From positions 43,988-107,987 of the forward strand of contig JBFHFF010000005.1 in the NCBI GenBank assembly GCA_041583775.1: a DNA stretch of 64,000 nt. Direction: 5' to 3'. Below are positions 55,168 to 64,000 of the stretch, in pieces. The first letter of the stretch is position 1, and every line of letters starts with the position of its first letter. Under the pieces are notes generated by a model. It did no database searches. It was given only the letters and a program-made list of their open reading frames with translations, and was not told the origin of the DNA. This stretch comes from Candidatus Moraniibacteriota bacterium (lineage in GTDB: Bacteria; Patescibacteriota; Minisyncoccia; Moranbacterales; DUUL01). The position numbers and the translations under genes were made by a program.

Positions 55168-56058
55168 ATGAATTATAAAATTGCTAAAACCGCTGGTTTT
55201 TGCGGAGGAGTGAAGAAGGCTTTTCTTATGGTAGAAAAGAGATTTAAGGGAAAGGTTAATGGTGAGAGAATTTTTATCCTTGGTCCCCTTGTACACAATG
55301 AAAATGTTATGAAAACAATTGCTGAAATGGGAATAAAAAGAATTGATTCAATTGATTCTTTGGAAAAGGGAGATGTGGTTATCATAACAGCGCATGGAGT
55401 TGGCAGAGATGTTTTCGATAAAATAAAAAACAAGGGTGCAAAAGCTTTTGATGCGACTTGCCCCAAAGTGTCAATGGTTCAGAACTGTGCTAGAGAATAT
55501 TTTGAAAAATGTTTTGAAGTGGTGATTTTCGGGGATAGAGAACATAAAGAGATTCGAGGGATTAATGGGTGGTGTGAAAACAAAGCAACAATAGTAGCTA
55601 ATTTTGAGGAAGTGAATAAATTGATTGCAGAAATTGAAAAAGGTAGAATTAAAAAACCAATTTTATTAATCTCACAAACAACTCAAAATATCAACAACTT
55701 TGAAAAAGTGAAAAAAATGCTAACAGAGGCTGTTAATAAACAAAAAGGAACAATTGAAGTTGTTGATACAATTTGTCGAGCAACTTTTGTTCGACAAAAA
55801 GAAGCGCTAGAAATAGCAAGAGATATGGATGCAGTGATTGTTATTGGAGGTAGAAGTAGTTCTAATACAAAACAGCTTTGGAGAATTGTTCAAAAAGAAA
55901 ACCCAAAAACTATTTGGATTGAAGATCCCGTAGAATTGAAAATGAAGGAGAATCAAGAGTTTATAAAGAATGCAAAATCTATTGGAGTTGTGTCTGGAGC
56001 ATCTACATCAACTAACGACATTGAAAAAGTGAGTGAAATTGTTAAAAATTGTGATTAG
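55168..56058 (+). CDS. ispH: 4-hydroxy-3-methylbut-2-enyl diphosphate reductase (LytB)
   Basis: AKTAGFCGGVKKA (Cys1), ITAHGV, FDATCPKV (Cys2), VDTICRATF (Cys3) conserved IspH cluster ligands. Confidence 0.85.
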   Translation: MNYKIAKTAGFCGGVKKAFLMVEKRFKGKVNGERIFILGPLVHNENVMKTIAEMGIKRIDSIDSLEKGDVVIITAHGVGRDVFDKIKNKGAKAFDATCPKVSMVQNCAREYFEKCFEVVIFGDREHKEIRGINGWCENKATIVANFEEVNKLIAEIEKGRIKKPILLISQTTQNINNFEKVKKMLTEAVNKQKGTIEVVDTICRATFVRQKEALEIARDMDAVIVIGGRSSSNTKQLWRIVQKENPKTIWIEDPVELKMKENQEFIKNAKSIGVVSGASTSTNDIEKVSEIVKNCD

Positions 56059-56111
56059 AAAAGGCTTTATCACTTTATAGAGGGTTGACCTAATGGAAAA
56101 ATATTGTTATA

Positions 56112-56411
56112 TTGTTTAATGTTATGAGACAAGAAAATACTACATTGGTTAATTGCAGTGTTTGTAATGAGTTATATCGAGCAGGCAATGCAAAAATGGT
56201 AGGGAGTAGAAACAACTCCTTAGTTGTTCATATTCATTGTGAAAATTGCAAATCTTCAACATTAACAATAATTTCCAAGAGTCCAACGGGCGATAATACT
56301 ATAACTATGGGAATGCTTACAGATTTGGATTACGGAGAGGCAGTTGAGTCAATGAAAATGAAAGCCATTGATGCAAATGAGGTTCTTGATATCATAAAAG
56401 AAATTGAATAA
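56112..56411 (+). CDS. Hypothetical zinc-ribbon protein (99 aa)
   Basis: CSVCN...CENCK Cys pairs; no family recognised. Confidence 0.4.
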   Translation: MFNVMRQENTTLVNCSVCNELYRAGNAKMVGSRNNSLVVHIHCENCKSSTLTIISKSPTGDNTITMGMLTDLDYGEAVESMKMKAIDANEVLDIIKEIE

Positions 56412-56517
56412 GACTTTATCGAATAAAAATTTCGGTTTATGTTGGTTTGATTTATTTTTTATTGGTTTTTATTAAATAATATAAGGGAGATTTCCCCTAA
56501 GCGTTAAAAAAGTTAAG

Positions 56518-57183
56518 ATGGAAGAAATTACATTAAAAGCAAGAGTTCGAAAAGAAGGTGAGAAATTAGCAGAGAATAGTCGAGAAATCCCAGCTGTTGT
56601 ATATGGAAAGAAAATCGGGAGTATTGCTATTTTTGTGAATTTATCAGAGCTAAATAGAACATTTAACAATGCAGGTGAAAGTACGGTTATAAACCTGTTA
56701 GTTGAGGATGAGAAAGGTAAAAGCACAAGCTATAAAACATTGATTTATGATTATCAAACGGAATCAATTGGAAATGAATTTATGCATGTTGATTTCTTTA
56801 ATATTGAAATGGATAAGAAGATTGAAACCAATGTTGAATTGGAATTTATTGGGGAATCCATTGCAGTAAAAGAATTAGGTGGAATTTTTGTGAGAAATAT
56901 TGATTCAGTTGAAGTTCAATGTTTACCAGCTGATTTGCCTGGAAAAATTGATGTAGATATTTCAACGATTGATTCTTTTGATAAGAATATTTATGTAAGA
57001 GATCTTATTGTTGGGAATAAAGTAATCATTTTAACTGATGAAAGTGTTTCTGTAGCTTCAGTTAGTGCGCCTCGAACAAAAGAAGATGTTGAGAGCCTTG
57101 ATGAAAAAGTTGATACCGACATTTCTCAAGTTGAAGGAATGGAGGAAAAGGAAGCTGAAAAAAAAGAGGAGTTGAAAAAATAG
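56518..57183 (+). CDS. rplY: 50S ribosomal protein L25 / general stress protein Ctc (long form)
   Basis: LKARVRKEGEKLAENSREIPAVVYGK... bL25 N-domain plus Ctc-type C-terminal extension with acidic tail. Confidence 0.75.
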   Translation: MEEITLKARVRKEGEKLAENSREIPAVVYGKKIGSIAIFVNLSELNRTFNNAGESTVINLLVEDEKGKSTSYKTLIYDYQTESIGNEFMHVDFFNIEMDKKIETNVELEFIGESIAVKELGGIFVRNIDSVEVQCLPADLPGKIDVDISTIDSFDKNIYVRDLIVGNKVIILTDESVSVASVSAPRTKEDVESLDEKVDTDISQVEGMEEKEAEKKEELKK

Positions 57184-57241
57184 TAATTTAATTAACTAGA
57201 ATTATTTTTCGAGAGTTAATTCTCTAAAAACTTATTTCTGA

Positions 57242-58519
57242 ATGTCTCAAAAGAATAAAAACAAAAACCTAAGAACTTTTTCAATAACTATGACCTCACT
57301 GTTTGTGATGTGGGGTCTAGTTTTTTCTATTCCACTCTTTTATACAAACCTTGTTTTTGCTGATGATGCTGAAACTGAAGAAGATCTTGAAAAAGAAAAA
57401 GCTGCTAACAAGATTGAGAATAAGGTTGATGATCTGGAAAGTGATTTGAAAAAAGTTGAAAAAGAAAAGGCTGAAAAAGAGCAAAGAAGGTTGTTAATTT
57501 CAAATGAAATCGGCGCAATTAAGCAAAACATCTCATTATTAGAAAATGAGATTGAAGAAACTGAGAATGAAATCAAAAGAATAGAAACTGGAATTATTGC
57601 AGCCCTTGATGATATTGACGCAAAAAAGAAGTTGACAGGAGAAGTTTTAAGACAAATTAACCGAGCGAATAGAAACCTGCAACTTATTGCATATGAAAAT
57701 GAAGACGGCTTGAATAAATATTTCACAACTGTGGATAATTTTGAGAATATGGAGGGGAGGTTGTCGAAATTGATAGTTGAAATTAAGCAGGAAAAAGAAA
57801 ATTTGGAAGAGCAAAGAAAGGCACAAAAAGAGACAATGGCTGTGCACGATGATCAAAAAGAAACGCTGGAGTATCAAAAAAATAAACAAGGTTGGGTGCT
57901 AAGTCAAACACAACAAGAAATTAATAGTGATTTGGCTGAAATTAATCAGATACAAGAAAAAATTTCTAAAATGAAATCAGAAATTTCAAAATTGCTTGGA
58001 AATGGATATGATGCAAGTGACATTAAAGAGGCAGTTAAATTTGCAAGTAAAAAGACGGGTGTAAGGAGAGATTTTCTGATGGGAATGCTAGTTGTCGAGT
58101 CAGATCTTGGTCGTTTTACGGGGGGGTGTGATTATAAAGAGAGTCGTATGAGCGAATACAGAAAAACAATTTTCAAACAAATCTGTAAAGAGGTTGATAG
58201 AGATTATAAGAAAATGAAGGTTTCCTGTCCTCCGTCTGGATATGTCGGAACTGGTGGTGCGATGGGTGTTGAACAATTTATGTCTGATACTTGGATGGGG
58301 TATAAAGATGCAATTTCCGCAAAGACGGGAAACTACCCTCCAGACCCTTGGAGCTTAACGGATGGTGTAATGGCAATGGCTTTAAAGTTGGCCAAAGATG
58401 GTGCAACTAATAAATCAGGAGAGTGTGCTGCTTCTAAAAGATATTTAGGAGGAAGTCATGATTGGTATTGTCAGAAAGTTCAGTATTGGGCTGATAATTA
58501 TGAGCAGATTTTGGACTGA
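57242..58519 (+). CDS. Membrane-anchored coiled-coil protein with C-terminal MltB/SLT_2-like lytic transglycosylase domain
   Basis: N-terminal TM (LFVMWGLVFSIPLF), about 230 aa heptad-rich E/K region, then ...VVESDLGRFTGGC...GTGGAMGVEQFMSDTWMGY... paralogous to 14271..15011. Confidence 0.6.
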   Translation: MSQKNKNKNLRTFSITMTSLFVMWGLVFSIPLFYTNLVFADDAETEEDLEKEKAANKIENKVDDLESDLKKVEKEKAEKEQRRLLISNEIGAIKQNISLLENEIEETENEIKRIETGIIAALDDIDAKKKLTGEVLRQINRANRNLQLIAYENEDGLNKYFTTVDNFENMEGRLSKLIVEIKQEKENLEEQRKAQKETMAVHDDQKETLEYQKNKQGWVLSQTQQEINSDLAEINQIQEKISKMKSEISKLLGNGYDASDIKEAVKFASKKTGVRRDFLMGMLVVESDLGRFTGGCDYKESRMSEYRKTIFKQICKEVDRDYKKMKVSCPPSGYVGTGGAMGVEQFMSDTWMGYKDAISAKTGNYPPDPWSLTDGVMAMALKLAKDGATNKSGECAASKRYLGGSHDWYCQKVQYWADNYEQILD

Positions 58520-58543
58520 TAATAGGCGAGAATTTTGATAGTA

Positions 58544-58570
58544 AAAAAACGAGCTTTCGCTCGTTTTTTT
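58544..58570 (+). terminator. Rho-independent terminator
   Basis: aaaacgagc-tttc-gctcgtttt then tttgttt. Confidence 0.65.
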
Positions 58571-58926
58571 GTTTATGGAATAAACATAGCTTTGGTTTAT
58601 CGGGAAAAGATGTTTCATTTTTTATTTTATTCCAATTAAATTGTTTAATTAAGACAAGAGTAGTCTCTTTAAAAAACTTGAAGAATTGAAAGGTGTAAAT
58701 TTGACACTGTAATGTTAATAAGGATTTTTTTGATATCTAAATAGACTCTTATTAACTATATTATTTGTCAAAAATGGGGAAAAATGTTGACGCGTAAATC
58801 AAAGTGGTGTAATATGTAAGTGAAGTGGAGTAAAGTGGGGGAAGCACAAATCAAATTTCTGTGGGGATTAAGGATTGGAATTCCAATCCTCCCCAAAGAA
58901 ATAATAAAAATTCATCCATTTGTCAG

Positions 58927-59361
58927 ATGTTTATAGGTGAATATCAACACACTATCGACCCGAAAAAGAGGATTGCAATTCCATCTAAATTTAGGTTGCA
59001 TTTTGCAGATGGTGTGGTTGTGACAAGAGGTTTGGATAAATGTCTTTTTGTTTATTCAAAAGAGGAATGGAATAAAATTGCTACTAAATTGGGAGAAATG
59101 CCTGTTGGTGAGAAAGCGACAAGAAGTTTTGTAAGATTAATGTTGGCTGGTGCAGTTGATTCTAACCTTGATTCTCAAGGGAGAATATTGGTTCCTGAAT
59201 ATCTAAAAGAATATGCAAACCTAAATAAGCAAGTCGTTGTGGCAGGTTTATTTAATCGTTTAGAGATTTGGGATGAGACAGAATGGGATAAATACAAAAA
59301 ATCTGCTGAGGAAAATCAGGATGAAATAGCTGAACAATTGGGTAAATTAGGAATGTACTAA
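58927..59361 (+). CDS. mraZ: Transcriptional regulator MraZ
   Basis: MFIGEYQHTIDPKKRIAIP...DSQGRILVPEYL two SpoVT/AbrB-like repeats typical of MraZ; first gene of dcw cluster; ATG 58927 (GTG 58861 alternative). Confidence 0.85.
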   Translation: MFIGEYQHTIDPKKRIAIPSKFRLHFADGVVVTRGLDKCLFVYSKEEWNKIATKLGEMPVGEKATRSFVRLMLAGAVDSNLDSQGRILVPEYLKEYANLNKQVVVAGLFNRLEIWDETEWDKYKKSAEENQDEIAEQLGKLGMY

Positions 59362-59365
59362 CGAT

Positions 59366-60322
59366 ATGCACAAAACAGTTTTATTGGAAGAATCAGTTGA
59401 GCAATTGAATTTGGAAAATGGTGATGTAGTGATTGATGCAACACTTGGAATGGGAGGACATACAATTAAACTTGCTCAAGCAGTTGGTGAAAAAGGGAGA
59501 GTGATAGCGATTGATATGGATGCCGTTGCAATTAAGGAGGCGAAAGAAAGAATTAAAAAAGAAGACAAGGATCTTTTAAAAAGAATAATTTTTGTAAAAG
59601 ATAATTTTAAAAACATTGACAAAATAGTTGCTGGACAGGGGACTCCAACAATTAAAATAAAAGGTGTTTTAGCTGATCTTGGTTGGAGAATCGAGCAAAT
59701 CAGTGATCCAACATATGGGATGAGTTTTAATGTCAATGCAAGATTGAATATGCATTTGGGGAGGAAAGAAGAAGGAGAAGAAGATGCATTTGATATTATA
59801 AATTCTTGGTCAGTTGAGGATTTGGAAAGATTGTTTCGTGAGCTTGGGGAAGAGAGATTTTCTAGAAGAATTGCCACTGCTATCGGAGAATATAGAGAGG
59901 ATAAGCAAATAGAAACAACATTGGAGTTGGCGGAAATCGTTGAAGCAGCAGCGGGTTTTTCTAATAAAAAATTTGGAAGTAAAATTCATCCTGCAACGAA
60001 AGTTTTTCAAGCACTAAGAATACAAGTAAATGGCGAACTGAATAATTTGAATATTTTTTTACGAAAATCTTTTGATGTTTTGCAAAAAAAAGGAAGAATA
60101 GCAATAATTTCATTTCATTCAATCGAGGATAGAATAATTAAAAACTCCTTTAAGGACTATGCAAAAGGATGTATCTGCCCAAAGGAGTTTCCAATATGTC
60201 AGTGTGGAAAGAAACCAAAAGCAAAATTAATAACAAGAAAACCAATTATTTCAAATAAAAAAGAACTTTCAGAAAATCGTAGAGCGAGGAGTGCTAAGTT
60301 AAGGGTTATCGAGAAAATTTAG
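59366..60322 (+). CDS. rsmH: 16S rRNA (cytosine1402-N4)-methyltransferase RsmH (MraW)
   Basis: HKTVLLEESVEQL...VVIDATLGMGGHT...DLGWRIEQI... RsmH motifs; position after mraZ. Confidence 0.85.
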   Translation: MHKTVLLEESVEQLNLENGDVVIDATLGMGGHTIKLAQAVGEKGRVIAIDMDAVAIKEAKERIKKEDKDLLKRIIFVKDNFKNIDKIVAGQGTPTIKIKGVLADLGWRIEQISDPTYGMSFNVNARLNMHLGRKEEGEEDAFDIINSWSVEDLERLFRELGEERFSRRIATAIGEYREDKQIETTLELAEIVEAAAGFSNKKFGSKIHPATKVFQALRIQVNGELNNLNIFLRKSFDVLQKKGRIAIISFHSIEDRIIKNSFKDYAKGCICPKEFPICQCGKKPKAKLITRKPIISNKKELSENRRARSAKLRVIEKI

Positions 60323-60367
60323 AAATAAAAATAGATAAAAATTAAAAGCATTGGGGGCAATGTCATT

Positions 60368-60733
60368 GTGGTAGCATATTCAGTTGCGACAAAAAATAAG
60401 AACATCAATGGATGTGAAAAAGCTCAGAAAAAATCTGAATCTGATTTTACTGTGTCTTTTTCTTTGATTGTAAACATTTTAATAGCCACAACTGTTGTTT
60501 TAGGGTTGTTATATGTTCTACAAGTCAATAAACTCGCTACTATGGGATATGAAATAAAGGAGAAAGAGAATATGATCAGCGTTTTATATAAAGATAATGA
60601 GGCTCTCAAGATTCATGCTGCTGAATTAAAATCAATGCATCAACTTGAACTTGAAAAGGAGGCGATGAATTTGAAAAAGCCTGGAGAGATTGATTATTTG
60701 GAGATTGATGATTCGGTAGCAATGGGGAGGTAG
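60368..60733 (+). CDS. ftsL: Cell division protein FtsL-like (single TM plus coiled coil)
   Basis: TM segment ILIATTVVLGLLYVLQV followed by short coiled coil; located between rsmH and ftsI. Confidence 0.55.
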   Translation: MVAYSVATKNKNINGCEKAQKKSESDFTVSFSLIVNILIATTVVLGLLYVLQVNKLATMGYEIKEKENMISVLYKDNEALKIHAAELKSMHQLELEKEAMNLKKPGEIDYLEIDDSVAMGR

Positions 60734-60741
60734 TAAAAACT

Positions 60742-62625
60742 ATGCTCAAAAAAGGCAAAAAAAGACAGCAGAAAATAGCAGCGAATGCTATAAGGGATAC
60801 TTTACCTAAAGCCAGAATATATATGGTTATTTTTGTTATTTTGATTTTTGCTATAATTATAATTTTGCAATTATTTAAATTACAAGTTAGGGATAATATT
60901 AAATATTCAGATTTAGCTAAAAAGCAACATAAAGGAAGTCAGCGCATATTACCAACTAGGGGTGAGATTTTTTTGCGTCAAAAAGAAGAAAAATTTTCAG
61001 TAGCGGTTAATCAAGAATTGAAAACTATTTTTGCAATCCCCAAAGAAATAAAAGACCCTGGCATAATTGCTACAAAAATTTCTCCAATCCTAGGGCTTGA
61101 TGAGGGTGAAGTTTTGAGGAAGTTATCAAAAAAGGATGATTTATATGAAGTTTTAGAGCGAAGGATTACGAATGAGTTGTTTCTGAAAATCGAAGAGATG
61201 AAATTGGAGGGAATTTATGGAGAAAGTGAATATTGGAGATATTACCCCGGGAATTCGCTTGCTGCTCATGTGGTTGGTTTTGTGGGGTATAAGGATGATA
61301 AATTGTCAGGAAGATATGGAATCGAAAATAGGTTAGAAAAAATATTAAGTGGGCAAGAGGGAAGGATGGAGCAGGAAAAGGATGTTTTTGGGAGATGGAT
61401 TTCAATAGGTACAAAATCAATTATACCAGAGAGAAATGGGAAAGATGTTGTTTTGACGCTGGAAAGTGTTTTACAATTTAAAGCAGAGACTGCAATTGAG
61501 AACACTGTTAAAAGACACGATGCCGACAGTGGAAAAGTGATTATAACGAATCCAAAAACAGGAGAAATTTTGGCTATGGCAGCTTATCCAACATTTAATC
61601 CAAATGAATATTCAAAGGTTGAAGATATAAGTATTTTTAAAAATCCTTTAATTTCAAGTGAATATGAGTGTGGATCAGTTTTTAAGTCCATTACGATGTC
61701 CATCGGTTTGGATACTGATAAAATAAAACCAGAAACAACTTATATTGACACGGGAAATGTTCTCGAGGCCGGATTTAAGATTCAAAATTCTGACGGAAAG
61801 GCTTATCAACAACAAACGATGACTCAAATAATTGAAAAATCTTTAAATACGGGAGTTATTTTTGTAGAAAAAAAAGTGGGAAATCAAGAGTTTTTGAGGT
61901 ATGTTGAGGATTTTGGTTTTGGAGAAGTAACGGGGTTGAATCTTCCTGGCGAAGCTGATGGTAATATTTCTAATCTAAAAACAGATAGAGATATTGAATA
62001 TTTTACAGCTTCTTTCGGTCAGGGGATTAGTGTGACGCCTTTGCAACTTGTGATGGCATACGGGGCGATGGCAAATGGAGGTAAGTTAATGAAACCACAA
62101 ATTGTAAGTGGTATTATTGATGAAAGTGGGGTGGAGGAAAAGATTGAGGCTGAGGAAGTTAGGACAGTTATTTCCAAGGAGACATCTAAAGAAATTTCTT
62201 TAATGATGGAAAGTAATGTCATTAACGGACATGGTAAATTGGCAGCAGTACCAGGGTATCGTATTGCTGGAAAAACAGGAACAGCGCAAATTCCAGACAA
62301 AGAAAATGGGGGATACCTGGAAAATGCTACAACAGGAACATTCGCTGGATATGGACCAGTTGAAGATCCAATCTTTGCAATGGTTACAATAATAGATTAT
62401 CCTAAAGATGTAGAGTGGGCAGAAAGTACCGCAGCACCAATTTTTGGTGAGTTGTCAAAGACGATTCTTGATTATTATGGAATTGAGCCAACTGAGGAAT
62501 ATAGTTCAAAAGATTTGGAAAAATTTGCAGAAACTCACAACTATCTCTTGACCGAAAAAGAAAAAATTGATGCAGAAAAAGAAAAGGTAGAGAAGGAGGA
62601 AAATAAAAAAGATCTTGATAATTGA
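60742..62625 (+). CDS. ftsI: Peptidoglycan D,D-transpeptidase FtsI (class B PBP)
   Basis: N-terminal TM, PBP dimerisation domain, SVFK (SxxK), SDG-like SDGKA/SxN region, KTGTAQ (KTG). Confidence 0.85.
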   Translation: MLKKGKKRQQKIAANAIRDTLPKARIYMVIFVILIFAIIIILQLFKLQVRDNIKYSDLAKKQHKGSQRILPTRGEIFLRQKEEKFSVAVNQELKTIFAIPKEIKDPGIIATKISPILGLDEGEVLRKLSKKDDLYEVLERRITNELFLKIEEMKLEGIYGESEYWRYYPGNSLAAHVVGFVGYKDDKLSGRYGIENRLEKILSGQEGRMEQEKDVFGRWISIGTKSIIPERNGKDVVLTLESVLQFKAETAIENTVKRHDADSGKVIITNPKTGEILAMAAYPTFNPNEYSKVEDISIFKNPLISSEYECGSVFKSITMSIGLDTDKIKPETTYIDTGNVLEAGFKIQNSDGKAYQQQTMTQIIEKSLNTGVIFVEKKVGNQEFLRYVEDFGFGEVTGLNLPGEADGNISNLKTDRDIEYFTASFGQGISVTPLQLVMAYGAMANGGKLMKPQIVSGIIDESGVEEKIEAEEVRTVISKETSKEISLMMESNVINGHGKLAAVPGYRIAGKTGTAQIPDKENGGYLENATTGTFAGYGPVEDPIFAMVTIIDYPKDVEWAESTAAPIFGELSKTILDYYGIEPTEEYSSKDLEKFAETHNYLLTEKEKIDAEKEKVEKEENKKDLDN

Positions 62626-62639
62626 TAAATTTTAAAAAT

Positions 62640-63965
62640 ATGGAAAAGTCAAAGAAAGCTAAATTTTTAGAAATCACATTGCGTTTTATGGCAGTCAGGG
62701 TTCTAAAAAGACATAAGCCTAAAATAGTCGCGATTACTGGGAGCGTTGGAAAGACGACAACAAAAGATATGACTTGGAAATTGTTAGAAAAACATTTTAA
62801 TGTTAGAAGAAACATCAAGAACTATAATAATGAGATTGGGGTTCCACTGACTATTATTGGAGCTGAATCTGGAGAAAAATCTTTTTTGAAATGGCTGTTA
62901 GTTCTTTTGAAGTGGATTGGTGCAATGCTAACAAGAGAATATCCCAAGGTTCTTATTTTAGAAATGGGAGCTGACAAACCCGGTGATATAAAATATTTAA
63001 CAAGCTTTGTTCCCGTTGATGTTGGTGTTATAACAAATATAGGAATTTCTCATCTTGAAAATTTTAAAACCAAAAAAGGTGTGGCGATTGAAAAAGGCCA
63101 CCTCGCTAAAAGTGTCCCCGTAAATGGATTAGTTGTGCTAAATAGTGATGATGATGAATGTCAAAAAATAGCTCCTAGTTTGAAAACTAATGTTATAAAG
63201 TGCGGTTTTAATGAGGGGGCGATGATGTTGGGAAGTGATGTTGTCTATGGTTATCGTCTAATTGAGACCAGGAGTGGGAAGAAAATAAAGTTATTAAAAG
63301 GAATATTGTTTAAGTTGAGTTATCAAGGAAAGATTATTCCAATTAAACTAAAGCATGCACTTGGATATCCACAAATTTATGCAGCAATGAGTGCTTTTGC
63401 TGTAGGTGAGTATTTTAAATTGAATAAATTTGAAGCTGCAGAAGCTTTGCAAGATTTTGTTCCGCCACCAGGAAGGATGGTCTTGATGTCTGGAATTAAA
63501 AACTCAGCTATTATCGATGATACTTATAACAGCGCCCCCGAGAGTGTAAATGCTTGCTTGGCCACACTTGAAAAGATAGAGGCTGAAAGAAAAATTGTAG
63601 TTCTCGGTGATATGCTTGAGCTTGGAAATGAAGAGGAAAGTGCGCATCGAGAAATTGGAAGGAAAATTGCTGAAATAGCACCAGACTTTTTCGTTGCTGT
63701 GGGGAGTAGAATGAGATATGCAGCAGAAGAATATCGTAAAAATACTAAAAACAAAGATTCGATTGGTTGTTTTGATTCACCTATTGAGGCTATGATTTTT
63801 ATTCAACACACTTTAAAAGAAGGGGATGTTGTTTTGGTAAAAGGTTCACAGGGGATGAGGATGGAAAAGATAGTGGAGGAAATTATGAGATATCCAGATA
63901 AAAAAGAGGAACTGTTGGTTAGGCAAGATGAAACTTGGCAAAGAAAAGAGTTCATAAAACCATAA
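62640..63965 (+). CDS. murF: UDP-N-acetylmuramoyl-tripeptide--D-alanyl-D-alanine ligase
   Basis: IVAITGSVGKTTTKDM P-loop followed by NYNNEIGVPLTII (MurF-specific NNxIGxP), C-terminal Mur ligase domain. Confidence 0.7.
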   Translation: MEKSKKAKFLEITLRFMAVRVLKRHKPKIVAITGSVGKTTTKDMTWKLLEKHFNVRRNIKNYNNEIGVPLTIIGAESGEKSFLKWLLVLLKWIGAMLTREYPKVLILEMGADKPGDIKYLTSFVPVDVGVITNIGISHLENFKTKKGVAIEKGHLAKSVPVNGLVVLNSDDDECQKIAPSLKTNVIKCGFNEGAMMLGSDVVYGYRLIETRSGKKIKLLKGILFKLSYQGKIIPIKLKHALGYPQIYAAMSAFAVGEYFKLNKFEAAEALQDFVPPPGRMVLMSGIKNSAIIDDTYNSAPESVNACLATLEKIEAERKIVVLGDMLELGNEEESAHREIGRKIAEIAPDFFVAVGSRMRYAAEEYRKNTKNKDSIGCFDSPIEAMIFIQHTLKEGDVVLVKGSQGMRMEKIVEEIMRYPDKKEELLVRQDETWQRKEFIKP

Positions 63966-64000
63966 ATAGAAAAAGGAATCTTTGTTATAAAGTAAAAAAC

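Noticed and set aside
1-64000. Alternative genetic code (UGA recoding, as in some candidate phyla)
   Set aside because: Several intact genes end at TGA directly before the next gene's RBS (for example 23083-23085, 45797-45799, 62623-62625), and ORFs are long under the standard code, so table 11 fits.

Overview
This 64 kb window comes from an AT-rich bacterium (roughly one-third GC by eye, not computed) that uses the standard code: TGA terminates genes such as 21142..23085 and 60742..62625. The gene content (many small secreted or hypothetical proteins, a Firmicutes-like xerD-scpA-scpB operon, a split dcw cluster, a compact SMC) fits a small-genome Gram-positive-type or CPR/Patescibacteria-like lineage, but I cannot confirm that from the sequence alone.

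Most of the window is plus-strand housekeeping: rnhB (partial), rpmF, nusB, rnc, an SMC-like ATPase, rsmI, secF, pgk, speH plus a CofE-like ligase, pcm, typA, aspS, scpAB, mraY, gyrB, gap, murD, mltG, ftsW, ispG, ispH, rplY, and mraZ-rsmH-ftsL-ftsI-murF. There are two tRNAs (Leu-CAA and Gln-CTG) and a MacAB-like HlyD/ABC/FtsX efflux triplet.

The main items worth a second look:
- An accessory-looking segment at about 31.3-37.2 kb. It holds a Na+/H+ antiporter broken at an A8 homopolymer, a roughly 180 bp, ~92% identical duplicate of the upstream MFS gene 3' end, GC-rich hairpins, a Type II R-M pair (C5-methyltransferase plus candidate endonuclease), a 40 bp tandem repeat, a locally GC-rich 88-aa gene, and a GC-rich nested stem-loop element that may be a ncRNA.
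- Three homopolymer-associated frame breaks: G5 at 12859 joining a polytopic membrane domain to a DKNYY-like domain; A7 at 14184 upstream of a lytic-transglycosylase gene whose signal peptide has no canonical start; and A8 at 32374 in the antiporter.
- A single in-frame TAG that splits an LVIVD-repeat secreted protein (19263..19754).
- Two paralogous proteins combining a coiled-coil region with an MltB/SLT_2-like lytic transglycosylase domain. One sits directly upstream of mraZ and resembles a PcsB/EnvC-type architecture with a swapped catalytic domain.

No CRISPR array, rRNA gene or obvious transposase is present.
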